This document shows, in pieces, positions 12,454 to 23,734 of a stretch of 64,000 nt of DNA (position 1 is its first letter; the number at the start of each line of letters is the position of its first letter). The position numbers were made by a program, and so were the translations under genes. A model generated the notes under the pieces. That model saw only the letters and a list, made by a program, of their open reading frames with translations. It did not search any database and was not told where the DNA came from. This stretch comes from Catajapyx aquilonaris (Eukaryota): NCBI GenBank assembly GCA_000934665.2, contig KZ538295.1:186001-250000 (forward strand), in the 5' to 3' direction.

Positions 12454-13773
12454 GATGAAATTGGTTGTGCAAAAGTACATGTAAGAGCATCATGAATCTC
12501 ACCAAATTGTTGTTGTGTTTTTTTCTCTCTGTATTACCGGTACAGAGGCAAAGGGCAGTCATTTAAGTCACTTTAAATTTTTACGTTTGTTGATTTTTCC
12601 CTCCAAAATGGGTGTGGATTTGTGTCACATGATGCGGTAGATGCGAGAAAAAATCATGGTGGTTGCATTATTGCTACTTGTGTTCGACCTCACAGTTGAG
12701 ATTATATGGTGTGGTTACATGCTTGAGACATGGGCACGTTGACGTAGGTGAAACTATGGGCAAGTGTCATCTCAACAGTGTCTCGAATGTGTCTTAAGCG
12801 CACCAATTGAAACGAGAAAAATACCATTCCTACACGTATGCAATCCGAGAAAGTGCTGAGGTGTTTTTGCGAGTAATGCTGTTTTGGGGGATGAAAATAA
12901 TGTGCTTATTACTTTCAAGCGTGCTTGTAACCCAGTTATTGTAGAATATTCTGTAATTAATACCTTCCAGGAAATATTTTCCAGACATTCTGAGTCATTA
13001 AATCAGCACTTGACAGTTACACTATTGTACTTAATGTAATGCATATAAGGGTGATCCAAAAAAAAAAGACTGCATATTTAGCAGTTTTTAAATGAGCAGA
13101 AAATATTCAGTTTATTAATTGAAAGTGCTTTTGCTGTTTTTGTTTGAGTGGGAAAGAGAGAATCTTTTACTATTAAAATCTTGGGCTACACAGTAATGAC
13201 TACAATCGACAGTCAACAATAGTGCATTGAAAATATGAGTTGAAATGTTTTCTATGATTACTTGCTCAAATTTTTGTTGTTGTATGAAGTGTAAGTGAGA
13301 AATACCTTCTGCTTATTGGAAAACAGCTAATTAATCGGAATTTCACCCTGTGTACATGCGGTAGTGTAACTATCCAGTGACATGTCCCATTAGTGTAGTA
13401 TTCATATGTGATTCTAGCAAGATTTTGTGGGTCACGCCTGCCAAAGCTTGCCACAATACTTTCATATGTAAAAAGCAAGATATGTTATTTACCTGTGATG
13501 AGCTGGTTTTGTGTTCATTTTGTTACTGGCTTGAAAACAACTAGAACAACTTCCACGTGAATTTGAGTCTGATTGCATCGATTTATTTATTGAAATTTGT
13601 TGGCTGCATAAGAATGTGTGTGATATGTACAGGTTAAAATATGAGAGATCTATTCACATGGTGTGTTTACTGTCCTAATCCAAGTCCTTTTATTGATTAC
13701 TTAATTACAGAGTACGCCTAACGAGGTAATGCACAGTGCCCGTTGGAACTGCAATGATGCTTCGACGCCAAGT

Positions 13774-15224
13774 TCAATCCAGCCACTCGTTCATGTATTG
13801 GCACTTGTAGGGTGTGACAAGCCCACTCTGACAGCAGTCTTTGATAATGGGGCACATACCGCACGGAAAATACATGAGGCCAGGAGGGGGAAGAAGGCTC
13901 TCAACGGCTCTGTACAGCTTCTGTGTCTTGTCACCACTACCGGTCATAGTCTTCTCCACTTTTCCGTCATACACCAAAGTGTCCAGTATGACCTCAATGT
14001 TATCAAGCGTGAGCTTGATAGTGAACAGCCCCGAGGTGGAGATCCTCTTCCAGATATCCTCCGATGCCATGAAACTCTGCTTCTTCCGCGCAATTGGCCC
14101 AGACTTGGCCCCCGTCGTCTCCCCGCTCGTGGCCTTCTCCAGCTCATCTTGCAAGTACCGGTAACACTGCTGGTTCAGCACATCCACAAACTCAGAGTCA
14201 AACTCCTGGTCCGAATACCACGATCCCCCAGTAATCGACTGATCCGGCTCCAGATCATACAGCATATACACCTTCTGCTTCGGAGCCACAACTGACTTAA
14301 CCGCCTTGATCATATGCTTACCCTCCAGGCTCTTTAACACCTGCAAAAATATAATTAGGTCGCATTAATTAAACACCCGAGACAGATGGGAAAAATCCGC
14401 AAAAAGTGGGTGAAACATTCAGGGACAGTGGGCGGAGCTTAGACTGACAGTGGGTGGATCATCAGTTGGTGTGGGAGGGGCTTCTCCATATGAAACATTT
14501 TATCCAAGTAAACGTTAGTTGTGCCAACAATATATATTAGTTATGTATTTATTAGTTACACTAAATGTAAGGTTAAATATAATATAATTAATAGCCTATA
14601 CCATAGTTATTAGGTTAAATATTAGTTATACCAACAATATATATTAGTTATGTATTTATTAGTTATACTAAATATAAGGTTAAATATAATATAATTAATA
14701 GCCTGTAATATAGTTAATATTAGGTGAAATATTAGTTATACTACATATCAGTTATAGCAATCCTTTGACATTAGTTATGAAAATAATGTATAATGTTGAT
14801 TAATGCATTTGAAGAGCTTGTGAGCAACCTTTGTCAGCTGGGTTGTGACCAAGTTGGACTTGCTCCGTATGTGCCTGATCCATATCCCCTTGTTGCCAGC
14901 GCCTGTGATGATGTCGTACACCAGCTTCTCCTCGGTGTTGGCTCCCTTTATAGCCGTGGCCGCCGGACCTTTGGCTGTGCTGACGGCTCCTCCTCCAACG
15001 ACCGCCCTGGCCAGCTTGTAGAGCAGGCCGCCTCCTTGCTTGTACAGCTCCAGCTTCCCTGCGGCCAGCAGCTTGTTGACGGCAGTTGCCCTCACCGGAG
15101 CTGCCACCCCGTCCAGCTCCTTCACCAGAACCTTGTCCTGGACACCACCCGGCTGCCTCTCCAGCATGTCCAGTATCCTCTTCTCCACCTCACACGAAGA
15201 AGAAGTACTTGCCTCTGCTGCCAT
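13774..15224 (-). CDS. POLR3F: RNA polymerase III subunit RPC6 (RPC34/RPC39), ~320 aa
   Basis: Exons 15224-14829 and 14340-13774 (phase-0 intron). Motifs EEKLVYDIITGAGNKGIWIRHIR, KVYMLYDLEPDQSITGGSWYSDQEFDSEFV and the C-terminal Cys cluster PCGMCPIIKDC...PYKCQYMNEWLD (4Fe-4S motif of RPC6). Confidence 0.95.
14515..14760. repeat. AT-rich tandem duplication (~107-bp period) in the POLR3F intron
   Basis: CCAACAATATATATTAGTTATGTATTTATTAGTTA...TAAGGTTAAATATAATATAATTAATAGCC occurs at ~14524 and ~14631. Confidence 0.8.
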
Positions 15225-15391
15225 ACCCGCTGTACTGTACCAAACGATGCACACGCTGTCTTGCAGTCAACTATCGGACAACTATCGCCATCATTGTGCC
15301 GTTGTCATCATATCACGTGACTAATATGAGATGTCAATAGTAGCCAGAGCGATAGGATCACATTTGGAACGTTCTATCCACAGCTGGAGTT
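15225..15391. promoter_or_regulatory. Putative bidirectional promoter between POLR3F and the MULE/SWIM gene
   Basis: Only 167 bp between divergent ATGs (15224 and 15392); palindromic E-box TCACGTGA at 15313-15320; AGTAGCCAGA at 15339-15348. Confidence 0.65.
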
Positions 15392-18300
15392 ATGTCGGCC
15401 CCTGGTGCTGCCCCTGGGCCGCCCTTGGTGTTCCCGACCGACACCAAGTTGGTGTCGAGCCTGAAGGACGAGGTGGTGCTGAGGTTTGCTGGAAAGACTA
15501 AGGAGGACTTCCAGGTATGGATGAAGGAGTTCCAGGCGTCCAACAAGCTCACGTACAGGATCATGAGAACGCAGAGTAGGAAGAAAGTGCTGTACAAGGT
15601 GAGGAGGAGGACAGAAATTGGGGAAAATTTTGGTGCTGAATTTTGGATTTCTGTTGCAGGCGCACTACCGCTGCCACCGCAACACCTTGCCGAAGAGGCA
15701 CGGAACCGTCAAGCCTCATCCGAAGCACACCGGATGCCCAGCATTGATGCTAGTCACCATCAAAGGAATTGCAAAGAGACCCAGGTTATACCCAGGACAT
15801 TGTAATTTCATTAATATTAATTATAGTTGCATTAATATTGGTTACATTAATTATATTTCATTTAGTTGCATTAATATTGGTTATATTTATTAGGTATATT
15901 AGAGTAGACTAATTTGGGTATCGCCAGGGGAAAAAATACATAAAAGTATGAAAAAATGTCGGTATGTTTTGCAAACGGAGAAATGTACTTTTTTCCAGAA
16001 GACAAACTAAAAATTTGTGGTAAGTTTCATTATTTTGATTCAATATTGAAACTTGCAGTATGTACATTAGTTCATTTAAAACCTCTGAACAGCTCACTGT
16101 TGCGGAATCTAGAACCATGTTAGATTATCTGTGTTTTCCGATTATCTGGCCCGTATAATCGGGAGTAGGGCCTACAGTGTATTTAGTTACATTAGTTATT
16201 ATATTAATTATTAATTTCCAGTAAGCCATAACAATACGTTTAATTACAGGTCTAAAGATGAGTACCTGTTGAAGTATCCGACGAGAATCGTGCTGAAGAA
16301 TCAGCATAATCACAGCATTGATGCGATTGAGAGTGTGAAGCATCGGGATCCGAGCGAGGATGTTAGGAAGAAGTTTGTGGAGCTGTTCAAGGCTGGGTTC
16401 GGTACGACAAGGGCGTTGGAGCTGCACAGGCGGCACTTGATGGAAGAGTATGAGAATTACGCGGAGATTGCACAGGATCGGTTCTTTTGCCCGGATATGT
16501 ACTGGGTTAATCGTTTGCATGGACTGACTGCGGAGGAGTTTGGAGCGTACTCTGCGGATGAAATGATGGCGACTTTGAGGCGCAATGTCAGCGAGATGGA
16601 AGAGAAAGGGGTTCAAATTGTACTGAGAGAAGCTGGGGAGCATTTCACTATCGCTATTTGCACGCCTTTGATGCAACGTGTTCACTCCTTGCTTACTAGT
16701 GGAGAAATTGCCTTTTTGGACAGCTCAAGAACTGTGGATCCATACAACTGCCATGTATTTTTGATAATGGTTGACAGTTGTGTCGGGGGTCTTCCGGTTG
16801 GGGTGCTCATTACGAGTACTGAGGAAGAAGACATGTTGACTAATGCACTTGAAGATTACGTGTCCTTGCTTTCAGAAGAATCATTTGGTGGCCGCGGAAA
16901 AATAGGCCCTGCGGTTTTTCTAACTGATGACTGTGAAAGCGAGAGAAATGCGCTGGCACATTGTTTTCCACAGAGTAACGTCCTGCTTTGTACCTTCCAT
17001 TTTCTTCAGGAAACATGGAAGTGGCTGCGGGATGTAAGCCATGGCGTGGAACATGAATGCCACTATCTTTACTCATGTGTGTCGAGCCTTGTGCAGGCCG
17101 GAACGACGGAGGTGTTTGAAGAATTGCAAAAGGACCTTTTGTTGTTAGCTCTTGAGAAGAGTCCACCGTTTTATGCATTTTTGCTTGCGAATTTTGAGAA
17201 GGCAAATGAATGGGCGATTTGGTTCGCGCACAATGTCAGCACGAGGGGGAAACACATGAAGAGTGTTACGGAAGCCGCGATTCGTGCATTTGAGGATAAG
17301 ATTATGCTAAGGAACAAGGCGTACACTGTTCCGCAGCTGGTCTGTTTCATGGTTGGTGACGTGACGGCATACTATGAAGAGAAGCTGACTGCTGCTGGTG
17401 CCGGAAAATTACATCAGTTCCATCTCTCTCAGTACAAAAGTGAAACTCAGACTCTACAAGATTTGTTTGTTGAGAAACTATCCAACTCTTTGTTCAGTGT
17501 CACATCTGGTGACGATAAGACATGTGTAGTTAATGTGGATTTGGGAACATGCAGTTGTTGTATGGGACAAAATGGTGCGACGTGCAAGCATCAGCATGTA
17601 GTTGCAGTGATGACTTGCACTTGTAATGATAGGACTCCTCGGAGCTCCACAGCCAGAAAGGAACTCTTCTTTGTGGCTTCTGGGAAGAACGAATTACCTG
17701 ACGATTGGGTCGATTCATTACTGTGTAATGATATCTCCAGCATGCAAGCCAACAGCGGTTCAAGCGATTCACCTGATAATCCCACAGGTCAAGTGTCATG
17801 TAAACGAGAAGCTGTAAATGTATTGCAGCGAATAATGAATGATATCGCCACGCGATATGAGAAAGATCCAGTTGCCTTCAATGATGCTGTGTCCGTTTTT
17901 GCAAAAAAGTACTCCAACTTACAGAAAGACTGTGACTTACTGTTGGCCTTGCACACATTTGGAGATTCCAATGCACAGTCCAGTTCATCAGCCAGTGCAC
18001 GAAGCGATCTTCTGCAGGTTATGCCGCAAGCAAGCATCACAGAAGGCAATTCAGAAGCTATTATGATTATATCAGTACCGCAAACTACCAGCAATATGCA
18101 AGTGAATGCAGATAATTTGTCTGCAAATGGAGGGCAGACCAGTCCACAACCTGGAAAGCAGAAAGCAAGGGCTCTTCCGATTGGAAAAAACACCAGCAAA
18201 CTCAACAGTCAAAATGAGTTGGACAATGAACAAGAAGGGACCTTACATAGTACTTCCGAATTAAGTACTGAGCTGGGTAAGGAAGAGCTGATCACGCCAT

Positions 18301-18449
18301 CAAGTCATAAGCTTGGCGTGATGCCAGTGCCTCTTCCGCCTACACAACCAGCAGCTTGTGGCAGTAAGTACGTGAAAATCCTGCCGCGACCTGAAAAGCC
18401 GGTTGTGGGATACCTGATACGGAAAGTTACACTCCCACAGACAAAGTAA
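15392..18449 (+). CDS. MULE (Mutator-like) transposase-derived protein with N-terminal WRKY/GCM1-type Zn finger, DDE domain and SWIM finger, ~843 aa
   Basis: Exons 15392-15598, 15660-15784, 16250-18449 (phases 0 and 2 consistent). YRCHRN..TGCPA..HNH finger; AFLDSS (D1), FLTDD (D2), LLCTFH (CxxH), VTEAAIR (E); SWIM CSCCMGQNGATCKH; AATAAA at 18469-18474. Confidence 0.85.
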
Positions 18450-18532
18450 AATTGTGCAACGAAAGCGGAATAAACTGGGATGACCGTCTGTACCAGTAAA
18501 TGTATTTGTCCGCATTTATTGTAGCAAAAGTG

Positions 18533-20414
18533 TCAGTCCATTAGAGTTTCATAGTACAGATGCATCTGCAGGAGGAATATGGTGTCGTCCAGCTGCAGCT
18601 CAGCAGCGCTCAGTTTGGCCATCCTGGCGCTGACCTTCTCCAGGATGTTCTTCTCAGGTGGGGTTACCATCGATTCAACCTGAAATGGACAATGTGCTTG
18701 GAAAATTGCGCTGAATTAAAGCATAAAAGTACTCACCTCTTGCTGTTGCTCTTCAGTACCAGTCTGCTCCTGTAGATTCATAAGGAGTGTCTCAACCCGC
18801 TGGTTCTTCTCTATCAACCACTGGTGCTCTTGCTTCTCTCTTTCCCTCCGTAGAAGCGAATTAACCATCGCTTTGTAGCATGTTTCCTGTACCATCCGTA
18901 CCGCATCATTAAAGTCCACGTGAAACAGGTATGCCGACTTGTTCATGCCGCCTCCGATGGACTTCCGCAGCTCCTTAAGCTTCAGGAAATTCTCCTTCAG
19001 CAGCTGGTATGTATGCATCTTGGCTTCCTTGGCCGGAATCATTGCAGTTTCCTAGAGGTGACCAGAATTAGTGTTCGTTGTAACTCTGCGAAGATTTATC
19101 CTTACCTGCAGACGTTCCTGCTCTACAAACTTCTTGGCCCTGACCACCCTGAATATCCGAGCCGCCTTGGACCCCATCCGCTCCTGCACCACGCCCTCAA
19201 CTGTTGCCCACGCTAACTGTCGAAACGCAGTCTTCAGATCGACCCTGTACTGTCCACCTCCAGCATCTCCAACCCGTATTATGAAACCCGTCGTATCCTC
19301 TTCGAGAAGTCTCAGGTACTGGTCCAAATACTGGGTCAGATGTGGATATGTAGTTTCTTTTTGCATTGAACTCCGTATCTCCGAGTGCGGTATGGGATTG
19401 GATGATGCAGCCCATGCATCAGTTCGGGTGTACATAAGTCGCAGTAACACACGCATTAGATGCCCAGCGTTTGCGTCCATGCGACGTGTCACGGCCGCCA
19501 CCAGCACGTCGTCTCGAAAGTCTTGGTGGAACCGGTCGTAGTTGATGCGCCAGAATATGGTGTCCTTTGTGCCTGAAAATCCACATAATTTACACAGGAT
19601 TAATTACATAAACATGATCAATTGTATGCCATTTGAACATACTTTTATTCTACACTATTTCTTTAAAAAAAAAGCAGGAGACACTTTCTTTGTAACGGGA
19701 ATTGATAAAAGGTAGCAGTTTATAAGACATTGGTGTGCCAAGTTTCATCACTCTCATAGTAGTCCGGAAGTGGGTTACGTAACCTGGACATACAAACTTT
19801 CCGTTTTCTTTATGGAGAGATTTAATTTCAATTGCACAACTGGTCATACCTGCATTCCTTTCCTTCGCTTTGACACGCTCCTCTATTTGCTTCAAGTCAA
19901 GATCGGGAAGCGCACAATTGTCAAGTTCGGGCGGGCACTTCAGGATATACTTCTCCCGAGCCAGCATTTCAACAGTGTCTTTTAGTGCGGCAACCGGAGT
20001 TGTCTGCATGGCTTCGTTCATGCGACAGGACGCCCTGAAGATGAGCCCCGACGCCGTCTCCTGCCCTCGTCTCTGCAGCTCCTCAAGGATCACCTCCGCA
20101 CCGTCACCATGCACTCGCTTGGCTGCCACTAAGTACTTGCAGTACCGCATGAGGAGTATGGCATGTTCAGGACGGGCGCGGTACAGTTCGGGCAAAGGCT
20201 GCTCGGGCGAAGACTGCTCGTTTTTGACTATGTTATGCTGCATGAGTGTAGCTAACGCCTGCCTGGTCTTGTCCAGAGGCTGCTTCGACGTGGTGCTGAC
20301 CGAGTACACAGTCTGTGGTCCCCATTTAATCAGACACGAGGCCACAGCGGACACAATGGGTCCAAACGCCTCTCCAATCAACAACCCACACAAATCGCCA
20401 TGCAAGGTCGACAT
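18533..20414 (-). CDS. POLR3C: RNA polymerase III subunit RPC3 (RPC62/C82), ~497 aa
   Basis: Exons 20414-19850, 19572-19106, 19051-18737, 18679-18533 (phases consistent). Motifs ALATLMQHNIV, WRINYDRFHQDFRD, GDAGGGQYRV, VQERMGSKAARIFR, AMIPAKEAK and ELQLDDTIFLL; minus-strand AATAAA at 18515-18520. Confidence 0.93.
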
Positions 20415-20446
20415 CTCTCGCAGCTGACTGTAATATAGGAAAATCA

Positions 20447-21210
20447 TACTTGTAATTCAGGAATAGTCATACAAGTACTTGTAGGTAATACAGTAATGAC
20501 CATACAAGTACTTGTAAGTAATACAGGAATGATCATACAAGTACTTCTACTTACACAAGTACCTGTAAGTAATACAGGAATGATCATGCAAGTACTTACT
20601 ATAATTACACACGTACTTGTAAGTAATACCTTGGTAATACAGGAATGATCATACAAGTACTTCTACTTACACAAGTACCTGTAAGTAATACAGGAATGAT
20701 CATACAAGTACTTCTACTTACACAAGTACCTGTAAGTAATACAGGAATGATCATGCAAGTACTTACTATAATTACACACGTACTTGTACGTAATACCTTG
20801 GTAATACAGGAATGATCATACAAGTACTTCTACTTACACAAGTACCTGTAAGTAATACAGGAATGATCATACAAGTACTTCTACTCACACAAGTACCTGT
20901 AAGTAATACAGGAATGATCATGCAAGTACTTACTATAATTACACACGTACTTGTAAGTAATACCTTGGTAATACAGGAATGATCATGCAAGTACTTACTA
21001 TAATTACACAAGTACTTGTAAGTAATACAGGAATGATCATGCAAGTACTTGTAATTACAGTAAAAAATTATACAAGTACTTATAAGTACCGGTAATGCAG
21101 GAATAATACAAGACTACAAGTAGGCCTACTTGTAAGTATTACATGAATAATCATACACGTATTTGTAATGCAGGAATAGTGATACTTGTAAGTTATGCAA
21201 GAATAATCAT
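20447..21210. repeat. Higher-order tandem repeat (51- and 65-bp subunits, ~167-bp period) in the probable 5'UTR intron of POLR3C
   Basis: Core CAAGTAC(T/C)TGTAAGTAATACAGGAATGATCAT repeated; identical spurious ORFs are offset by 167 bp (20656 and 20823); edges degenerate. Confidence 0.9.
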
Positions 21211-21244
21211 ACTCTAAATACAGTGCACGGTACATGAAACGCAC

Positions 21245-21600
21245 CTAGTTTTCAGCTTAAAAAATAATGAAAATCACGTCAAAAGCTGCAAAATGGTCAA
21301 CGAAGGCTGCCATGTTGGATTAACAAGTGAGGATCGACGCAGAGTAGCCAGATGCAACTTTCGAACGCTGGGGCCCGGATTCAGCAAGTAGGCAAAGTTT
21401 GTACGAATAATTAATTTATGCAGTTAATATCAGGACTAATTAAGTGTTGGCAGGTACTTTTGATTGCAATTAGTGCGTGTGTTTTAATGGGGTAGTGTGT
21501 TGTGGATGCGGCGACCTTGTCCGAGGTCCCCGCCCCCTCCAACAGTCCAAGTGCGCACGCGCGTCGACGTATTTTGCAAATGGCGGCCTGAAAGCCGGGC
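21245..21600. promoter_or_regulatory. Putative divergent promoter region for POLR3C and the alpha-adaptin gene
   Basis: Minus-strand donor-like AG|GTGCGT near 21244; plus-strand donor-like CAG|GTACTT near 21453; YY1-like CAACATGGC (minus, ~21309-21317) and AAATGGCGGC (~21578-21587); CpG-rich. Confidence 0.4.
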
Positions 21601-22273
21601 CTGTTCTATTCGCATATCTTCCCTCCTCTTCATCTGTTCCAACTCGACCGCTGTCCAGGCAGGGGTCCAGCTCCTTCCCAGGCCCGCCTAGTGGACAAGA
21701 CAAGTGGACAGGCTGGACAGGACAGGACAACAACTCTCAAGAGGTAGAGAGAGAGATTCCGTGCCTCTCCCCCACCCGCCCTCCTCCCCCTGACCTCTCT
21801 CTTCCTCTGCACGACACATTTCCGGGGGAGGACCCAAAAGTCAATTATGCCAACTCTTACACCCCATTTTTTTTTTTTTCCATGCCAATGTTTTGTTAAC
21901 TGGTGACCATTCCATTAGTTGGCAGATGCTCATTGGACTGGGACCAGATTGGCAGGGTTTGCCGCTTGACGAGGGCTTGAAATAGGTGGGGGTTTGACAC
22001 TTCGGGGGGTGGGAGAGAAACTGTTGCAGCGTTCCACTGTGTACACAGCATTTGGACAAAGTCGAGGACGCAAGGCATCGGTTGTGCGACGCATGTCAGT
22101 TGATTAGATGCAATAATTACATGTAATGATGGGAGTCATTTTAATGTTTACATGTGTTACGTTCGATCTTATTATTGCGGTTTGCGTAATTCATGTGTCA
22201 TATTTTTGTTTTAGAGGTCGTGATGGCATCCTCGTAGGATGAGTATCGTTAATTATTTGAAATTGAAGCATAA

Positions 22274-22596
22274 AGGTGCCTTGACATCTTAGCGATTTGA
22301 TCGCTTGATGTCATCACCGAGCGAAGAATCCAATTGTTTGAAATTGAAGCATAAAGGAGCGTTGACATCTTGGCGATTTGATCGCTTGATGTCATCGCCG
22401 AGCGAAGAATCCAATTGTTTGGGACGAAAGTTTATTGCTCAGCAATCAAATCGCTCACATGTTAAGTGAGCGATTTGATCGGCGATGTCTGCTGAGCGAT
22501 GAATCCAATATTGTTTGGGGCAAAAATTGATTTGTTACTTTCGCCCTAAACAATTGTATTCATCGCTCATCAAATCGCTCGCATGTAAAGGCAGCT
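22274..22596. mobile_element. PIF/Harbinger(Tourist)-like MITE with internal repeats
   Basis: Ends AGGTGCCTTGACAT and ATGTAAAGGCAGCT flanked by TAA/TTA; internal repeated AGCGATTTGATCG and GAATCCAATTGTTTG in both orientations; left end duplicated in tandem with an 81-bp period. Confidence 0.55.
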
Positions 22597-23546
22597 TTAT
22601 TATGGAGGCTTATCTCGGAGTTAAACTGTGCCGAGATATTTTGGCCGAAATAGCTAGGAATTGATAAATTATAGGGTGTGTGTGGGATGCTCCCATGACT
22701 GGTACAATTATTTGAATAAACGGCTGATATGGAATTATGGGGAAAAAAAGTACTGCGGTCACCGTTGAGTTAGTTCTGTGATTAGGAAACTGAATATTTG
22801 TTGTGACTTTGTATCCACCGACAAGATGGGGATGGAAATTTTAAAAACACTTTGTGCATAATTTTTTGGAGCGAATATTAGTATTGAATTTTTTTCCCAT
22901 GACGTTTGTCATAGTGTTCGTTTCATGAGCTGAGTGAAGATGTAGAAAATTTTAGTGGCATTATTGAATCATCAATCTTGTGTTAAAGCTAGAGAGAATT
23001 CATATAATTTTTGTATGGGAAATGCAAGCAAAGTTGCATCTCATTATCATGAACTCCTTTTTCCATAACATTGAAATATAGCAGGAGTAATTAATGTGTG
23101 TCAGTGTTACATATCCCATTCATTAACATGACATGTTAATGAAGTGTTGATCTCAAGCACATCATTCATTTTTCGATTTGTGAAGTTATTAGGAACACAC
23201 ATTCGTGGATGCCAATTATCTGGTTCTACCTTCGAACATTTGCGACAGCTCATTCATTACAGATTGAAGGTACAATTCGATGTCTTTGTTACAAATAGCT
23301 TTGGGGTTCAAGTGTGTTACAGCAGCGAAGAAGTCATTATTATCTAATCGAGTTCAGAACCAAGTTAGTGTACACTGTACATTAATAAAACTGTCACTGT
23401 TAGTTGATTTACGGCTATGCTTACAAGCGTCCATTATGCTGTACGTGTTGAATTTTAAACATGACAAGTGCTGTTGAGTTCAGATGAGTTCAAGTTAGTG
23501 AACCATGACAGCTACGTAGCTTGTTGTGTACAGTCGCATATACCGG

Positions 23547-23734
23547 CACTGTAAAGCGCAAAACATTAAAAGAGCATCACTGGTGAGTCTCGCATGGATC
23601 GTCAATTTTTAATGCTGTTGTAATGCTTTTTTGTTGCTAAAAAGCATCACAGGAGCATTAGAAGAGCATTAAAAATTGATGTTCCATGAGAGTCTCACCA
23701 GTGAAGCGCTTTTAATGTTTTGCGGTTTACAGTG
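23547..23734. mobile_element. Palindromic MITE with CACTG...CAGTG termini (CMC/CACTA-like ends)
   Basis: CACTGTAAAGCGCAAAACATTAAAAGAGCATCACTGGTGAG pairs with CTCACCAGTGAAGCGCTTTTAATGTTTTGCGGTTTACAGTG; inverted arms ~85 bp; no clear TSD. Confidence 0.7.

Noticed and set aside
13729..15340. Plus-strand ORFs of 84-188 aa overlapping POLR3F
   Set aside because: Antisense shadows of GC-rich coding exons with no recognisable motifs
19071..20427. Plus-strand ORFs overlapping POLR3C
   Set aside because: Antisense shadows of real exons
20444..21044. Repetitive ORFs (MYDHSCITKV...) and a CRISPR-like look
   Set aside because: Tandem satellite with no unique spacers and no cas genes, in a eukaryotic context
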